Notes: generated by a model from the letters alone, not told the origin. Counted from the stretch's first letter, positions 9,547 to 19,000 are shown. The stretch: 33,279 nucleotides of DNA from a virus (IMGVR_UViG_2718217785_000004); one strand, 5' to 3'. A program made the numbers and translations.

Positions 9547-9949
9547 GCCATTCAATATCTGGCGCACCGGAAGTATCAACCAGTTCCAGTGCGTCCAGAT
9601 AATCCAGCCACAAATTATATTGCGCCAGTTCGTCACCTTTCAGACGACCAATAGCGGCTTTACCGGGCCATTGTTTACTGTTCATGTATTCGTTGGCCTG
9701 GTTAATTAGTAGCTGTCTTTCTGATTGAGTAATTTCAATAAGCTCTTCATGCGTTGGAGGCGGCGCATCGACCCAAGCGGGCAGTCCAGTGCTATCTGCA
9801 CCAAGCATTTTACCTTCAGGCCAGGCAATACCAGCAAATTGGTTGTAGAGGTTAACACTGATTTCAATAGCTGATTCAGGAATAAACCTGCTTTCAGGTT
9901 CAATATAAAATCCGTTATCAACGGCGTCATAAAAGTATCTTGTTTTCAT
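9518..9949 (-). CDS. G: Tail-fibre assembly chaperone G, expressed orientation
   Basis: 143-aa ORF immediately downstream of H; conserved chaperone C-terminus. Confidence 0.75.
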   Translation of the reverse strand: MKTRYFYDAVDNGFYIEPESRFIPESAIEISVNLYNQFAGIAWPEGKMLGADSTGLPAWVDAPPPTHEELIEITQSERQLLINQANEYMNSKQWPGKAAIGRLKGDELAQYNLWLDYLDALELVDTSGAPDIEWPTPPAVQAR

Positions 9950-9950
9950 G

Positions 9951-11153
9951 TTAATAACCTATTGCGAATAAACAACCGGCAGCTGAAGCACCCGCCCATG
10001 AAGTCCCATTAGTTGTTCTTAAAACACGAACTTTGACTGTCGTTCTGGTAGAGCCACCAATATCGAAGCCCCACGTTGTGCCGGCCGATCCATTCCACGA
10101 GCTAGCAGAAGCACCTGAGTCAATCGCAGTGGCATGAAACAGAGCGTTAGGAAATGCCATAGGTAATGTCACGGTTGCTACTCCAGTCGAATCGGAAAGA
10201 AATCCAGAGACCCACTGGAAAATGATATTTTGTTCAACCCCACCAATTAAAGCCGGGATCAATATTCTCCCGGTATTACCCGTTACCCCTACAGCAGCGC
10301 CAAGTTTTGCCGCTTCTCCCAAACCAAGGTATGCGAGAAGACCAGCTACATCCTTTCCACTCAAATGAGTCAGCGTCTCATCCAGTGGCTGCTTACCTGA
10401 CAGCGCATTGTTAATGGTGGTGCTGAATTTCGGGTCATTGTTAATGGCCGCGGCAATTTCTTTCAGTGTGTCCAGCGTGGCTGGCGCACCATTAATCAGA
10501 GCGGTAATAGCAGCCTGAACAAACGCAGTGGTCGCAATCCGCGTGGTGTTATTTCCTGCGGCAGGCGTCGGCGCTTTTGGTTCTCCGGTAAATGTCGGAT
10601 TATGTTTCTGCGCATACTGGGTATGAGGATCCTGTGCGGCAATGTGGTTTCTCATCTGGTCATCCACATACAGCCTTAATTCCAGGACTTCATCATCCAC
10701 GTATTTACGGGTCGCCAGTACCACCGACGGGTCGATTTTCAGCGTGATGGCTTCGGTATTCGTGACAACCAGAATCATGCGGATAGTCTGGGTACGACCA
10801 CTGCCTTCCTGCAACTGCGGTTTGTACGTTTCCGGGCAGTTCGCCACCGCAATGAGTACGCCTTCATCATCATAAAGCCCAATCTCACGGATCCAGAATC
10901 CGCCCTCGTTCTCAGGGATGATTTGCTCCGCAATAATCTGGCTCTGGTTGTTCGGGTCAACACTCAGAAGATTCAGCGGCGCGATGCGTTTCTGGTTAAT
11001 CAGTTTTGTCTGTGCCGGGTCTGGTGTCGGCAAGACACCATTCGCATCACCAACGGCCATTTGCGTCAGATTCAGCTTACTGCCGAGCATCGTCGCGTTA
11101 GCCAGCCGTGCAGCGCCCTGATTAGTCAGAATGGCGTAGTATTTCACTGTCAT
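9951..11153 (-). CDS. H: Tail-fibre protein H (constant N-terminal part outside, variable C-terminal part inside the invertible segment)
   Basis: 400-aa ORF after baseplate gene I; contains crossover site 2 in-frame (LLAYLGLGEAAKLG). Confidence 0.8.
   Translation of the reverse strand: MTVKYYAILTNQGAARLANATMLGSKLNLTQMAVGDANGVLPTPDPAQTKLINQKRIAPLNLLSVDPNNQSQIIAEQIIPENEGGFWIREIGLYDDEGVLIAVANCPETYKPQLQEGSGRTQTIRMILVVTNTEAITLKIDPSVVLATRKYVDDEVLELRLYVDDQMRNHIAAQDPHTQYAQKHNPTFTGEPKAPTPAAGNNTTRIATTAFVQAAITALINGAPATLDTLKEIAAAINNDPKFSTTINNALSGKQPLDETLTHLSGKDVAGLLAYLGLGEAAKLGAAVGVTGNTGRILIPALIGGVEQNIIFQWVSGFLSDSTGVATVTLPMAFPNALFHATAIDSGASASSWNGSAGTTWGFDIGGSTRTTVKVRVLRTTNGTSWAGASAAGCLFAIGY
10314..10339. 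repeat. hix/gix-like inversion crossover site 2 (TTCTCCCAAACC AA GGTATGCGAGAA), inside H
   Basis: Seen in sequence; inverted relative to site 1, identical over 14 bp. Confidence 0.7.
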
Positions 11154-11761
11154 GCGTTTACTCTCAGGTTATCAATTAAATGAATGGCCGAGGCCGGGAA
11201 ATAATCCCCTCCGACAATAATGGCCTCCGGGGTGTAGGGATAAACCGTCAGGGCGTCGCCGTGATAGCATCCCGCACCGGCAAAAATGTTGCCGGTTGTA
11301 CTTAAACTGATAGCCAGTCCCGTCAGATGGCGGCTTGCCGGTTTTGCATCAGCAACGAGGCGCTCCAGCTCCTGATACATTTCCTCGGTAATACCCTGCT
11401 CAAGCACGCCAACAACGATACGGAACGTCCCCGGCTCCTCGTTGAATTGCCACCACTCCCTCACCTCAATCAGATAGCCGAGCGGCTCCACCACACGGCG
11501 AATCGCACCAATAGTGCCCTTATGGCAGTGAATGAAATACGCATCGCGGATAACAGCGCGTTTGGTCGCTTCCGGCCATTTATCATCCAACCTGTCAACC
11601 GAAAATGACCACGCCAGCCACGGCAGCAGATTTGCCGGACAGGTATCCGGGTTCCACAGCTCACGAATACTGACCGGCGTTTTTTCAATTTCCGCACAGG
11701 CTTTTGCGGCGGCGACTTCAAGCGGTGATGAGCCGGTCGGCAGCAGTCGCGAATCACTCAT
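11150..11761 (-). CDS. I: Baseplate protein I
   Basis: 203-aa ORF, P2 synteny between J and H. Confidence 0.7.
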   Translation of the reverse strand: MSDSRLLPTGSSPLEVAAAKACAEIEKTPVSIRELWNPDTCPANLLPWLAWSFSVDRLDDKWPEATKRAVIRDAYFIHCHKGTIGAIRRVVEPLGYLIEVREWWQFNEEPGTFRIVVGVLEQGITEEMYQELERLVADAKPASRHLTGLAISLSTTGNIFAGAGCYHGDALTVYPYTPEAIIVGGDYFPASAIHLIDNLRVNA

Positions 11762-11762
11762 C

Positions 11763-12662
11763 CTAGCCTCCGGTCACGACGCGGTATTCAGTACAGAAAG
11801 ACGCCTGCGTACTGTTGAGCACGATGTCAGCCAGCGGTGCAGCCAGTTCGACACGCTGCACACCTTCCACATGCAAAGCGGCATAAATGGCAGACAGACG
11901 GATGTCGCGCCCCAGCCGGTGCTGTGCCGTGATATATGCTTCCAGTTTTTTCACGGCGGCAGCGCGGATGGGTTCTCTTTCGGGGCCAGGGTAAAGGTAA
12001 AGCGTGGCGTTTATCTGGTATTCAACAATGGCGGCAGACTGCACGGTCACACGGTCAGCCACCGGCCTGACGTCCTCACCATTAAGGGCGTTACGCACCA
12101 CAGCCAGCAGGTCTTCGGATGCGACACCGTTATTTTCACGTGACAGCACGGAGATGGTGACGCAGGCAGGAGACGGACTGGTAACAGAGATATCCGCGAC
12201 ACGCCCGTCAGCACTGCGACCATGATACTGATAGGCACCCACCGACCCGGCGACGCTTAAGCCCTCAAACGCCTGCTGAATACGCAGACGATAATCGGTG
12301 TCAGACTCCATCACTGCCGGTGTCGGCGGGAGGGTCGAATCATCTGCCGGGGTGATAATCAGGCGCGTGGTGTTGTAATTGGCACCAATCACATCAAGGT
12401 CATTACCGGCGGCACAGGCCAGCATTACCGCCCGTGCGGCCTCATTCACACGCTGACGCCAGATAAGCTCACGATAAGCATTTTCCTCCAGCAGTTTGAC
12501 GAGAGGCTCGGATTCCAGCGTCAGGGTACGGGCAACCGCCTCCTGCTGGTCTTCCGGGTAAAGGGAAATCAGTGTCGCCTTGCGTTCGGCAAGAATGGTT
12601 TCAAAGTCCAGCTCCTCGACCACATCCGGTGCGGGTAGCTGGTTCAGGTCGATAATCGGCAT
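11763..12662 (-). CDS. J: Baseplate protein J
   Basis: 299-aa ORF, P2 synteny. Confidence 0.75.
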   Translation of the reverse strand: MPIIDLNQLPAPDVVEELDFETILAERKATLISLYPEDQQEAVARTLTLESEPLVKLLEENAYRELIWRQRVNEAARAVMLACAAGNDLDVIGANYNTTRLIITPADDSTLPPTPAVMESDTDYRLRIQQAFEGLSVAGSVGAYQYHGRSADGRVADISVTSPSPACVTISVLSRENNGVASEDLLAVVRNALNGEDVRPVADRVTVQSAAIVEYQINATLYLYPGPEREPIRAAAVKKLEAYITAQHRLGRDIRLSAIYAALHVEGVQRVELAAPLADIVLNSTQASFCTEYRVVTGG

Positions 12663-12666
12663 GGTT

Positions 12667-13014
12667 TCAACTCACAGGGATGGTTAACGAAAGTGGCTGG
12701 CCGGTATCGTTGTGCTGGCCGGTTAACGTGACCGTCATTCGCCCGTCAAAACTGCGCTCAGTGGTGACGGATGACAGGGTGACGCGGGGTTCCCATTTCA
12801 GCACCGCCATGTAACAGGCGACCTTAATCTGCAACTCAAGCGCCGGGGTCTGCGGCTGGTCAATCATTGACGCCAGCAACGAGCCGTAATCACGACGCAT
12901 CACCCGTGAGCCGACCGGTGTGCGCAGGATATCGCCGATACTCTGGCTGATATGCTCAAGGTCAGTGACCGTCAGGCCATCACTGCGATTCATTCCGAGA
13001 TAACGCGCTGTCAT
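12667..13014 (-). CDS. W: Baseplate protein W (gp25-like)
   Basis: 115-aa ORF, P2 synteny; start overlaps V stop. Confidence 0.75.
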   Translation of the reverse strand: MTARYLGMNRSDGLTVTDLEHISQSIGDILRTPVGSRVMRRDYGSLLASMIDQPQTPALELQIKVACYMAVLKWEPRVTLSSVTTERSFDGRMTVTLTGQHNDTGQPLSLTIPVS

Positions 13015-13646
13015 AGAGGACTCCCGGTTGTGCCGCCGCTGTCGCCGGGGTGTTTATGGGTATGCAGTACCTTACCGTTTGATGAGAGTTCACCGCCGGT
13101 GTGTTCAATGTTGCCGCGCATCGTCCCGCCCTTCTGCACTTCCAGCGTGCCGGTAATCAGCCTGTTGGTGCAGACCACCTCCGGTGTGTCCAGGGTGACG
13201 CGGGTTGATGCTTTCACCGTGACCACCGGCACCGTGGCAGTAACAGAATCAGAAGCCGTCACGCTGGCCGTTTTAATTCCGCTTACCGTGAGTGCACTGG
13301 TTTCCGGTTCATACTCAATCACCGCCCCGTCAGGGAAACGGATATGCAGGGCATCCGCCGACACAGACGGCGAGGGGTTATCGCCGGAATAAATCCCCGG
13401 CAGAACGAACGCCGTGTCGAGTTCACCACCCACGGCCAGAATCAGCACCTGTTCCCCCACGGAAGGTGCCCACCATGTGCGCGAACGTCCTGCGCGATGG
13501 GTCAGCCACTGAAGCCAGTCGGTGCACATGCCGCCGGTCTGCACACGGCAGCGACCGGCGTTAAGGTCGGTTTCGACGACAAGGCCGGTGCGAATCATGT
13601 TGCGCAGTGCGCGCGCGAGTTCCTGAATATTTGCGAGAGTGTTCAT
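13011..13646 (-). CDS. V: Baseplate spike/assembly protein V
   Basis: 211-aa ORF, P2 synteny. Confidence 0.75.
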   Translation of the reverse strand: MNTLANIQELARALRNMIRTGLVVETDLNAGRCRVQTGGMCTDWLQWLTHRAGRSRTWWAPSVGEQVLILAVGGELDTAFVLPGIYSGDNPSPSVSADALHIRFPDGAVIEYEPETSALTVSGIKTASVTASDSVTATVPVVTVKASTRVTLDTPEVVCTNRLITGTLEVQKGGTMRGNIEHTGGELSSNGKVLHTHKHPGDSGGTTGSPL

Positions 13647-13712
13647 AACGGGAAGGATGCCGCCGGGTCATACCGGCGGCAATGTGACGATGAGGTGTCA
13701 GGAATGGCACAA

Positions 13713-14165
13713 CTAACGGTCGAGGTGAGCCAGGATAATCTCTTCAATCATCTGCACATCCTCACTGGTAAAGCCGAGCAGAGGACGCGCCGGATAATCA
13801 ATTTTCTTACCGTCTTTCCGGTTTTCTTCCGACAGACCGAACTGATGCACGCTGGCGATTTTCGGTGACTTCCCGCCGTAAAACTCCATTGATGCCTGTT
13901 CCGGGCTGGCGCGGATATGCAAAAAACGACTGGTGATAAGTTTCGCAAACATTTTTCGCTTAACACGACCAGTCTTTTTTCTGGCGCTCTGCTGCTGGCG
14001 TGGCGCGTAGGGTGTGCCGTCCGGGGCTTTCTGAGCCATCACCCGACGCTGCTGACTCTGCCGCAGACGTTTCGCCAGTTCGGCGCTCAGTCGCCGACGC
14101 CCTGACGGTGACAGCGATTCAATCAGTCCGGTCAGCCGGTCTTCAAAACGCTTAAACTCATTCAT
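13713..14165 (-). CDS. S: Tail completion protein S
   Basis: 150-aa ORF, P2 synteny; overlaps R by 8 bp. Confidence 0.7.
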   Translation of the reverse strand: MNEFKRFEDRLTGLIESLSPSGRRRLSAELAKRLRQSQQRRVMAQKAPDGTPYAPRQQQSARKKTGRVKRKMFAKLITSRFLHIRASPEQASMEFYGGKSPKIASVHQFGLSEENRKDGKKIDYPARPLLGFTSEDVQMIEEIILAHLDR

Positions 14166-14625
14166 CCCACTTGCTCACCAGTTCGCCATTGATATAAAGC
14201 TCCACCGGGCGGGTGACCGGCTCCGGCGGCGTGGGTTCCGGGATATTCTTCACATGCAGTGCGCCGTCCACCTCACTGACCAGCGTGCGCTCGGTCAGCA
14301 TCAGGCTGATGCTGATATCAAAGCTGCTGTCATTGTTGATGTCTGCATAAAACGTGAAGCCCTTTTTCTGGCCTGCGTCGGTGGTCATGATGTCGGGCTG
14401 ATTTTCCCGCAGCCACGCCAGCACCGGCACGATGAGCAGGTCAAAATCACCGGTAAAGTCGGTCACAATCACATTGAGCGTGTAACGCTTTTCGAATGAC
14501 AGCGACGTCGCCAGTGTGGAGGCAATACTCCCGTTATCCACGAATATCCGCAGCATCTCGGGGCTGGTTTTCAGCACCGTGACGGCATCAGTCAGCGCCC
14601 TGCGCAGGCTGTCGGGTTTGAGCAT
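14158..14625 (-). CDS. R: Tail completion protein R
   Basis: 155-aa ORF, P2 synteny. Confidence 0.7.
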   Translation of the reverse strand: MLKPDSLRRALTDAVTVLKTSPEMLRIFVDNGSIASTLATSLSFEKRYTLNVIVTDFTGDFDLLIVPVLAWLRENQPDIMTTDAGQKKGFTFYADINNDSSFDISISLMLTERTLVSEVDGALHVKNIPEPTPPEPVTRPVELYINGELVSKWDE

Positions 14626-14878
14626 CGTTTTCGTCCTGACAGTGTTTAATCATTTTTACCTGGCTGGCACAGCGTGCCAGCGCGTTCTCAAGCTGCCGGA
14701 TATCGGCACTTAAATCGCCGTTTGTCTCCGGGTCACTGCCCGGCATCGGGCAAAGGCTCACTTTCGGGCAGGCGTTGGGGACAATCACTGGCGTCGGTGC
14801 AGGCCGGGCGCTGGTGCAACCGGCGCACAGCATCAGGCAGGCCAGCGCCGTACCAGCGGCGAAAATCTTCGTTTTCAT
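14588..14878 (-). CDS. lysC: Outer-membrane spanin lipoprotein LysC (Rz1-like), embedded in lysB in another frame
   Basis: Translation MKTKIFAAGTALACLMLCAGCTS... has a lipoprotein signal with lipobox LCAGC, Pro-rich mature part; overlaps lysB 14733..14878. Confidence 0.75.
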   Translation of the reverse strand: MKTKIFAAGTALACLMLCAGCTSARPAPTPVIVPNACPKVSLCPMPGSDPETNGDLSADIRQLENALARCASQVKMIKHCQDENDAQTRQPAQGAD

Positions 14879-15158
14879 TCAGTAACCTCGTGATGGTTTT
14901 CTCGCGCTGTGCTTCACGCTTCGCGGCATTCTCCAGTTCCTGACGCAGTGCCACCTGCGCCAGCTCGTTTTTGTCTGCTCTGGTGATGGCAACATGAAGC
15001 TGATTTTTCAGCATGGTGATGGTCGTCTGCTGTTCACTGGCGACGTTATTCGCCCTGTCCAGCGAGGCGCGCAGGCTGGCGTTTTCATGCTTCGCCAGAA
15101 ACAGACCGGCCACCGCCAGTGATAACAACACAACCAGCACAATCATCAGCTTTGACAT
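14733..15158 (-). CDS. lysB: Inner-membrane spanin LysB (Rz-like)
   Basis: N-terminal TM helix followed by coiled-coil-like charged region; position after lysA. Confidence 0.75.
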   Translation of the reverse strand: MSKLMIVLVVLLSLAVAGLFLAKHENASLRASLDRANNVASEQQTTITMLKNQLHVAITRADKNELAQVALRQELENAAKREAQREKTITRLLNENEDFRRWYGAGLPDAVRRLHQRPACTDASDCPQRLPESEPLPDAGQ

Positions 15159-15571
15159 GGTTCCCGCCCCTCAAAACGCTGACGACAGGCCGTGCGTATC
15201 AACCGGAAGAACACCAACGCCACGAGGTAAATCAGCGCGGTAAAAATCCACCCGGCAGCGACCAGCGAGATAAACGTCGCCACCATCACCACCAGAGCCG
15301 CCGCCCGTCTGCGCCACGGCACCGGCTGCAAAAACAGCGACGCGACAATCTTCACGGCCAGCGATTCCGGCGGCAGCTCCCGCCCGTAGCGTTCCAGCAC
15401 ATACTCAGTGGCATACACGCCGACACCACCGGCAACCACACAGATAACCGTCGCCAGAATCGCCCAGGCGGCGACAAAATTGACGGCCACGCTCTGCGGG
15501 TAAATCAGGGACTGTGCCAGCATCAGCGCCAGCGACACGTTCAGCATCAGTGAAAGGGATAATTTCTTCAT
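15146..15571 (-). CDS. lysA: Lysis regulatory membrane protein LysA
   Basis: 141-aa multi-TM hydrophobic ORF between K and lysB. Confidence 0.7.
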   Translation of the reverse strand: MKKLSLSLMLNVSLALMLAQSLIYPQSVAVNFVAAWAILATVICVVAGGVGVYATEYVLERYGRELPPESLAVKIVASLFLQPVPWRRRAAALVVMVATFISLVAAGWIFTALIYLVALVFFRLIRTACRQRFEGREPCQS

Positions 15572-15585
15572 GGTGTTTACTCCGT

Positions 15586-16083
15586 TTAAGCCGGTACGCC
15601 TCCAGCGGTACGCCAGACGGTGACCAGTTTTTCCAGTGAATGCTCACGCTGACCGTAACCGGCACCCGGCAGGGACGCCCAGATATTGCGACAGCGTGAA
15701 ATGGCGCGCTCAATGCGTCCCGCCCGGATGTCATCCAGTGCACCGCGTTCGCGGATCAACTGAATGGCAAGTCTGTCCTGTGACAACGGACTGAAATCCG
15801 GCAGGGCAAGCTGTTTGCGGTAGTGCGGCCAGAACAGGTAAAGCTGCTGATAGCGACCGGAGGCCGTGGATTTTTCACCGCGACGGTTAAACACCTTCGC
15901 CGGTCGGCCATGCGCGAACGGGTGGTCACTGTAGTCAGTGAAAATTTCCGGCTTCCCGTCCAGTCCGGTGACTATCACGTCATAGCCCCGGTTTTTCGTC
16001 AGCGGATGATTCGCCGTCCCTTCGGACACGGCCAGCATGTCGAGAAAGGCCGCGATATTCTGATGCGTGTTAATAACCGGCAT
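15586..16083 (-). CDS. K: Endolysin K (lambda R-like lysozyme/transglycosylase)
   Basis: 165-aa ORF after holin; P2 synteny. Confidence 0.8.
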   Translation of the reverse strand: MPVINTHQNIAAFLDMLAVSEGTANHPLTKNRGYDVIVTGLDGKPEIFTDYSDHPFAHGRPAKVFNRRGEKSTASGRYQQLYLFWPHYRKQLALPDFSPLSQDRLAIQLIRERGALDDIRAGRIERAISRCRNIWASLPGAGYGQREHSLEKLVTVWRTAGGVPA

Positions 16084-16364
16084 TACGGTTTCCCCCTACC
16101 CTTAAAGCGGCGCTGAATGGCAATCTCAATCACCTGATAACCGGCGATACCCAGCATGGAGCCGATACCGCACACCGCAGGCAGTGACAGGTCAGGAAAC
16201 TGCACCAGAACAACACCGGCAACCATCGAGACAAAACCACCGAGCAACATGCGCCCGATAAACAGACGCGGGGTGATGGGTTCACCACCGGCAAGCACCT
16301 TGCCGACAACAATCAGCACCCCAATCATGAAAAGCGACAGGACGCTTTTTTCTTCTGCTGTCAT
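16083..16364 (-). CDS. Y: Holin Y
   Basis: 93-aa ORF with hydrophobic TM segments and charged C-terminus (RRFKGRGKP). Confidence 0.8.
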   Translation of the reverse strand: MTAEEKSVLSLFMIGVLIVVGKVLAGGEPITPRLFIGRMLLGGFVSMVAGVVLVQFPDLSLPAVCGIGSMLGIAGYQVIEIAIQRRFKGRGKP

Positions 16365-16367
16365 GCG

Positions 16368-16571
16368 TTACTCCCACAGATTGACAGTTTCAGCCACGGG
16401 CGCGGTCTGAACGTCGGGCAGTTCGACGGCGATGCCGTGTGGCAGCACCGCACCCAGTTCAGCCAGTCCCGGATTTGCGGCGAGCACGGTCTCAACCACG
16501 CCCTCAGTGCGCCCGTAATACCGGACACAAATGGCGTCGAGCGTGTCGCCCTGTAGCGCAAAGGTCTTCAT
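16368..16571 (-). CDS. X: Tail protein X
   Basis: Translation MKTFALQGDTLDAICVRYYGRTEGVVETVLAANPGL...; start ATG 16569..16571 overlaps L stop (ATGA). Confidence 0.8.
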   Translation of the reverse strand: MKTFALQGDTLDAICVRYYGRTEGVVETVLAANPGLAELGAVLPHGIAVELPDVQTAPVAETVNLWE

Positions 16572-17080
16572 CAGATTTGACTCACGATGCAGCGCGGCTT
16601 GTCCTGGATGCGCGCCACTGCCCAGCGCATATCCCGCCACAGCTCATCAATGGTGCTGTCAATGCTGTCGGCCTTCTTGTCGCCTTTCGCACTGGCATCC
16701 ACACCGCGATAACGTTCATAAAGCGACGCGGTCGCCATCGCACACACGGCGCGCTCGTAGTAAAAAACTTTGATGCTTTCACCGTCGATGTCGTCCGCCG
16801 GGACGTCCGCCAGACGCGTAAAACCGGCGGCAATTTTCTGTTCGCGGTACTCGTACAGCTCCGCATTCGTCTCCGCCATGCCTGACTTGATGGCCTCACG
16901 CAGACGGGCGGGGGCGACGGTCTGCTCAAGGCGCATACGTTCCCGGACGCGCTTCGGGTCGATATCGGGAAAAAAGAACGTGTTTTTAATCACCGGCTCG
17001 TCGCCTGCCGGTTGCGGGATGACCACCGTACCCTCACCAGACACGGGAGCCTCCTTTCGCGGAATAATCAGCGTCATCAT
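16571..17080 (-). CDS. L: Head completion protein L
   Basis: ORF 16571..17140; probable start at MMTLIIPRKEAP (17080). Confidence 0.75.
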   Translation of the reverse strand: MMTLIIPRKEAPVSGEGTVVIPQPAGDEPVIKNTFFFPDIDPKRVRERMRLEQTVAPARLREAIKSGMAETNAELYEYREQKIAAGFTRLADVPADDIDGESIKVFYYERAVCAMATASLYERYRGVDASAKGDKKADSIDSTIDELWRDMRWAVARIQDKPRCIVSQI

Positions 17081-17179
17081 GACTACCTCTGAAAAGTCGG
17101 GCGGTGGACGCCGGTGCAGTGTCAGGTGATTCACCCTCACTGACCGGCGTGCCGCCCTGGCGCGGGGCGCATTCGGTTG

Positions 17180-17923
17180 TTAACTGGCTTTCTTTTTCGG
17201 GCGTCCACGTTTTGCCGGTGTCACGCTCCGGGTCTTACGCGGGGCGCGGGTGGCCGCTTTGGGCTGCGGCTCCGGCTTCGGTTTCAGCTCCCGCTCCAGT
17301 CGTTCAATCTCTTTTTTGACGCCTGCCTGACAGTCGAGCTGTGTCGCACGTTGCAGGTGAGCCAGCGCACCGGCGGCATCACCACCGTCACGCAGAAACA
17401 GACCGGTAATTTTGTGCAGCTTTGCGCGTACTTCATCAGGCATGTCAGCCGTGGCGGTCAGTTCAAGGGTCTCCGTCAGCAGGCGGGTATCCACAGACTC
17501 ACCGGCAGCGTGAGCGCGCATGGCCGCAAGCGCTACCTCCTCGGTGAACATGTACGGCGGGGTACGGCGGTGTTTACCCGGCATGGTCAGACCGTACTTC
17601 AGGGCATAACGGGCAATCTCCAGCGCACCGGCAATATCGCCGGTATCCAGACGCCACAGCATGACCGTCATCAGAATGTCATCCTGTGCACCTTTGCCCT
17701 GCTCCAGCACGCCGTTCACCCACGGCAACCAGAACGGCAGCAGTTCGCGTTTTTTCGCGGCCTTCAGCTCTTTTGAATAAATCGCTTTCAGTGTGCGCTG
17801 GTCTGCGGCGAGCTTAACCAGCATCTGCTCATAGACAGTTGCATGTCGCAGCGGGGCGGCTTCCCGCTGCGCGGTCATCGCTGCCGAGACCCGCATCATG
17901 TGGCGCTGTGCGGGACTCGTCAT
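17180..17923 (-). CDS. M: Terminase small (endonuclease) subunit M
   Basis: 247-aa ORF with basic C-terminus, P2 synteny between N and L. Confidence 0.75.
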   Translation of the reverse strand: MTSPAQRHMMRVSAAMTAQREAAPLRHATVYEQMLVKLAADQRTLKAIYSKELKAAKKRELLPFWLPWVNGVLEQGKGAQDDILMTVMLWRLDTGDIAGALEIARYALKYGLTMPGKHRRTPPYMFTEEVALAAMRAHAAGESVDTRLLTETLELTATADMPDEVRAKLHKITGLFLRDGGDAAGALAHLQRATQLDCQAGVKKEIERLERELKPKPEPQPKAATRAPRKTRSVTPAKRGRPKKKAS

Positions 17924-17926
17924 CGG

Positions 17927-19000
17927 TTACGCTCCCGGCTCTGCGGTCGCTTTAGCCAGTGTGGAGAAATCACCGACCTTAATTTTTTCCACCAGACAAC
18001 CGGCGGCGTAGTCTTCCACCACGTAATCAATGTTCATTGACTCGTAGTTCTCCACGCGGTCGAGTTTCGGGTTTTCCTCAATCACGCGGCGATGGCTGTC
18101 ATCCATGTAGTAGATGGACAGGTTTTCCAGCTTTGTGATGAGCATCGCATCCGCCGGGAAGTACGGGACGCGTACCGCCGGCAGGTTACCGATGCGTTTC
18201 TGGCTGGTGATGACGTCAGCGGCCAGCATTTCGCTGTTGTCCTGCTCCTTGTTGACGATGGGAAAATACTTGTCCGCCAGTAGCTGACGTCCCACAATCA
18301 CCACAAGGTCAGGGTCTTCCTGATACCACGGCTCAATCAGGTTGTTGGTCGCATCCATCACCAGTGCGTCAAGGCTGGCATAATCACCGCCCTTACCCAC
18401 GCGGATAACCTCAGAGGTGGTGTGCCCTTCCTCGTCAGTGACCTTGCTCATCACGCGCGCCGGTGCTTCATTGCGGTATTTCTGCAGCCAGCCGACCGCC
18501 ACATCCTGTAGCATCGGATTACTGCTGCGGTCAGAGGTTTCGGCACGCCTCACGCCGTTAAAACCGGCCATGATGAAATCAAGGGACTGGCGTTTGATAA
18601 TGGCGTTACGGACACGGAGCTGGAAATCCTGATAACGCGCCCACAGGTCAAGCGTTTTGTAGCGGATATAAAAATCGAAGTTAATCTGGTCGCATTCGTA
18701 CTTGTTTGACGCCAGCTTCGAGAAGTCCTTCGGCTGACGCTCGGTGCCACCGGCGGTGTCGGTGGTGCTGGCGATGGAGCCGGTGACACCGATGCCAATT
18801 TTTTCCCCTTTCATTTCGCTGACCGGCACAATGTTGATGCGGGTCAGAAAGTCAGAGGACTCCTGCATGGTGTTCATCAGGGTCTGGGTGACCGACGGTT
18901 CAACGGTGAATTTTTTCGACACATCACCGGCGTCGATGCCGTTCAGTTCGGCAACACGGGACAGGTAAGCATTAAATTTAAAGCGGGTTTCCTGGCGCAT
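17927..19000 (-). CDS. N: Major capsid protein N
   Basis: 357-aa ORF, P2 synteny. Confidence 0.85.
   Translation of the reverse strand: MRQETRFKFNAYLSRVAELNGIDAGDVSKKFTVEPSVTQTLMNTMQESSDFLTRINIVPVSEMKGEKIGIGVTGSIASTTDTAGGTERQPKDFSKLASNKYECDQINFDFYIRYKTLDLWARYQDFQLRVRNAIIKRQSLDFIMAGFNGVRRAETSDRSSNPMLQDVAVGWLQKYRNEAPARVMSKVTDEEGHTTSEVIRVGKGGDYASLDALVMDATNNLIEPWYQEDPDLVVIVGRQLLADKYFPIVNKEQDNSEMLAADVITSQKRIGNLPAVRVPYFPADAMLITKLENLSIYYMDDSHRRVIEENPKLDRVENYESMNIDYVVEDYAAGCLVEKIKVGDFSTLAKATAEPGA

Larger units (their letters stand above)
8451..10339. mobile_element. Invertible tail-fibre host-range segment (Mu G-segment / P1 C-segment type)
   Basis: Bounded by the two inverted crossover sites; contains a silent alternative fibre C-terminus plus chaperone on the plus strand and the expressed fibre C-terminus plus chaperone on the minus strand. 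Confidence 0.75.
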
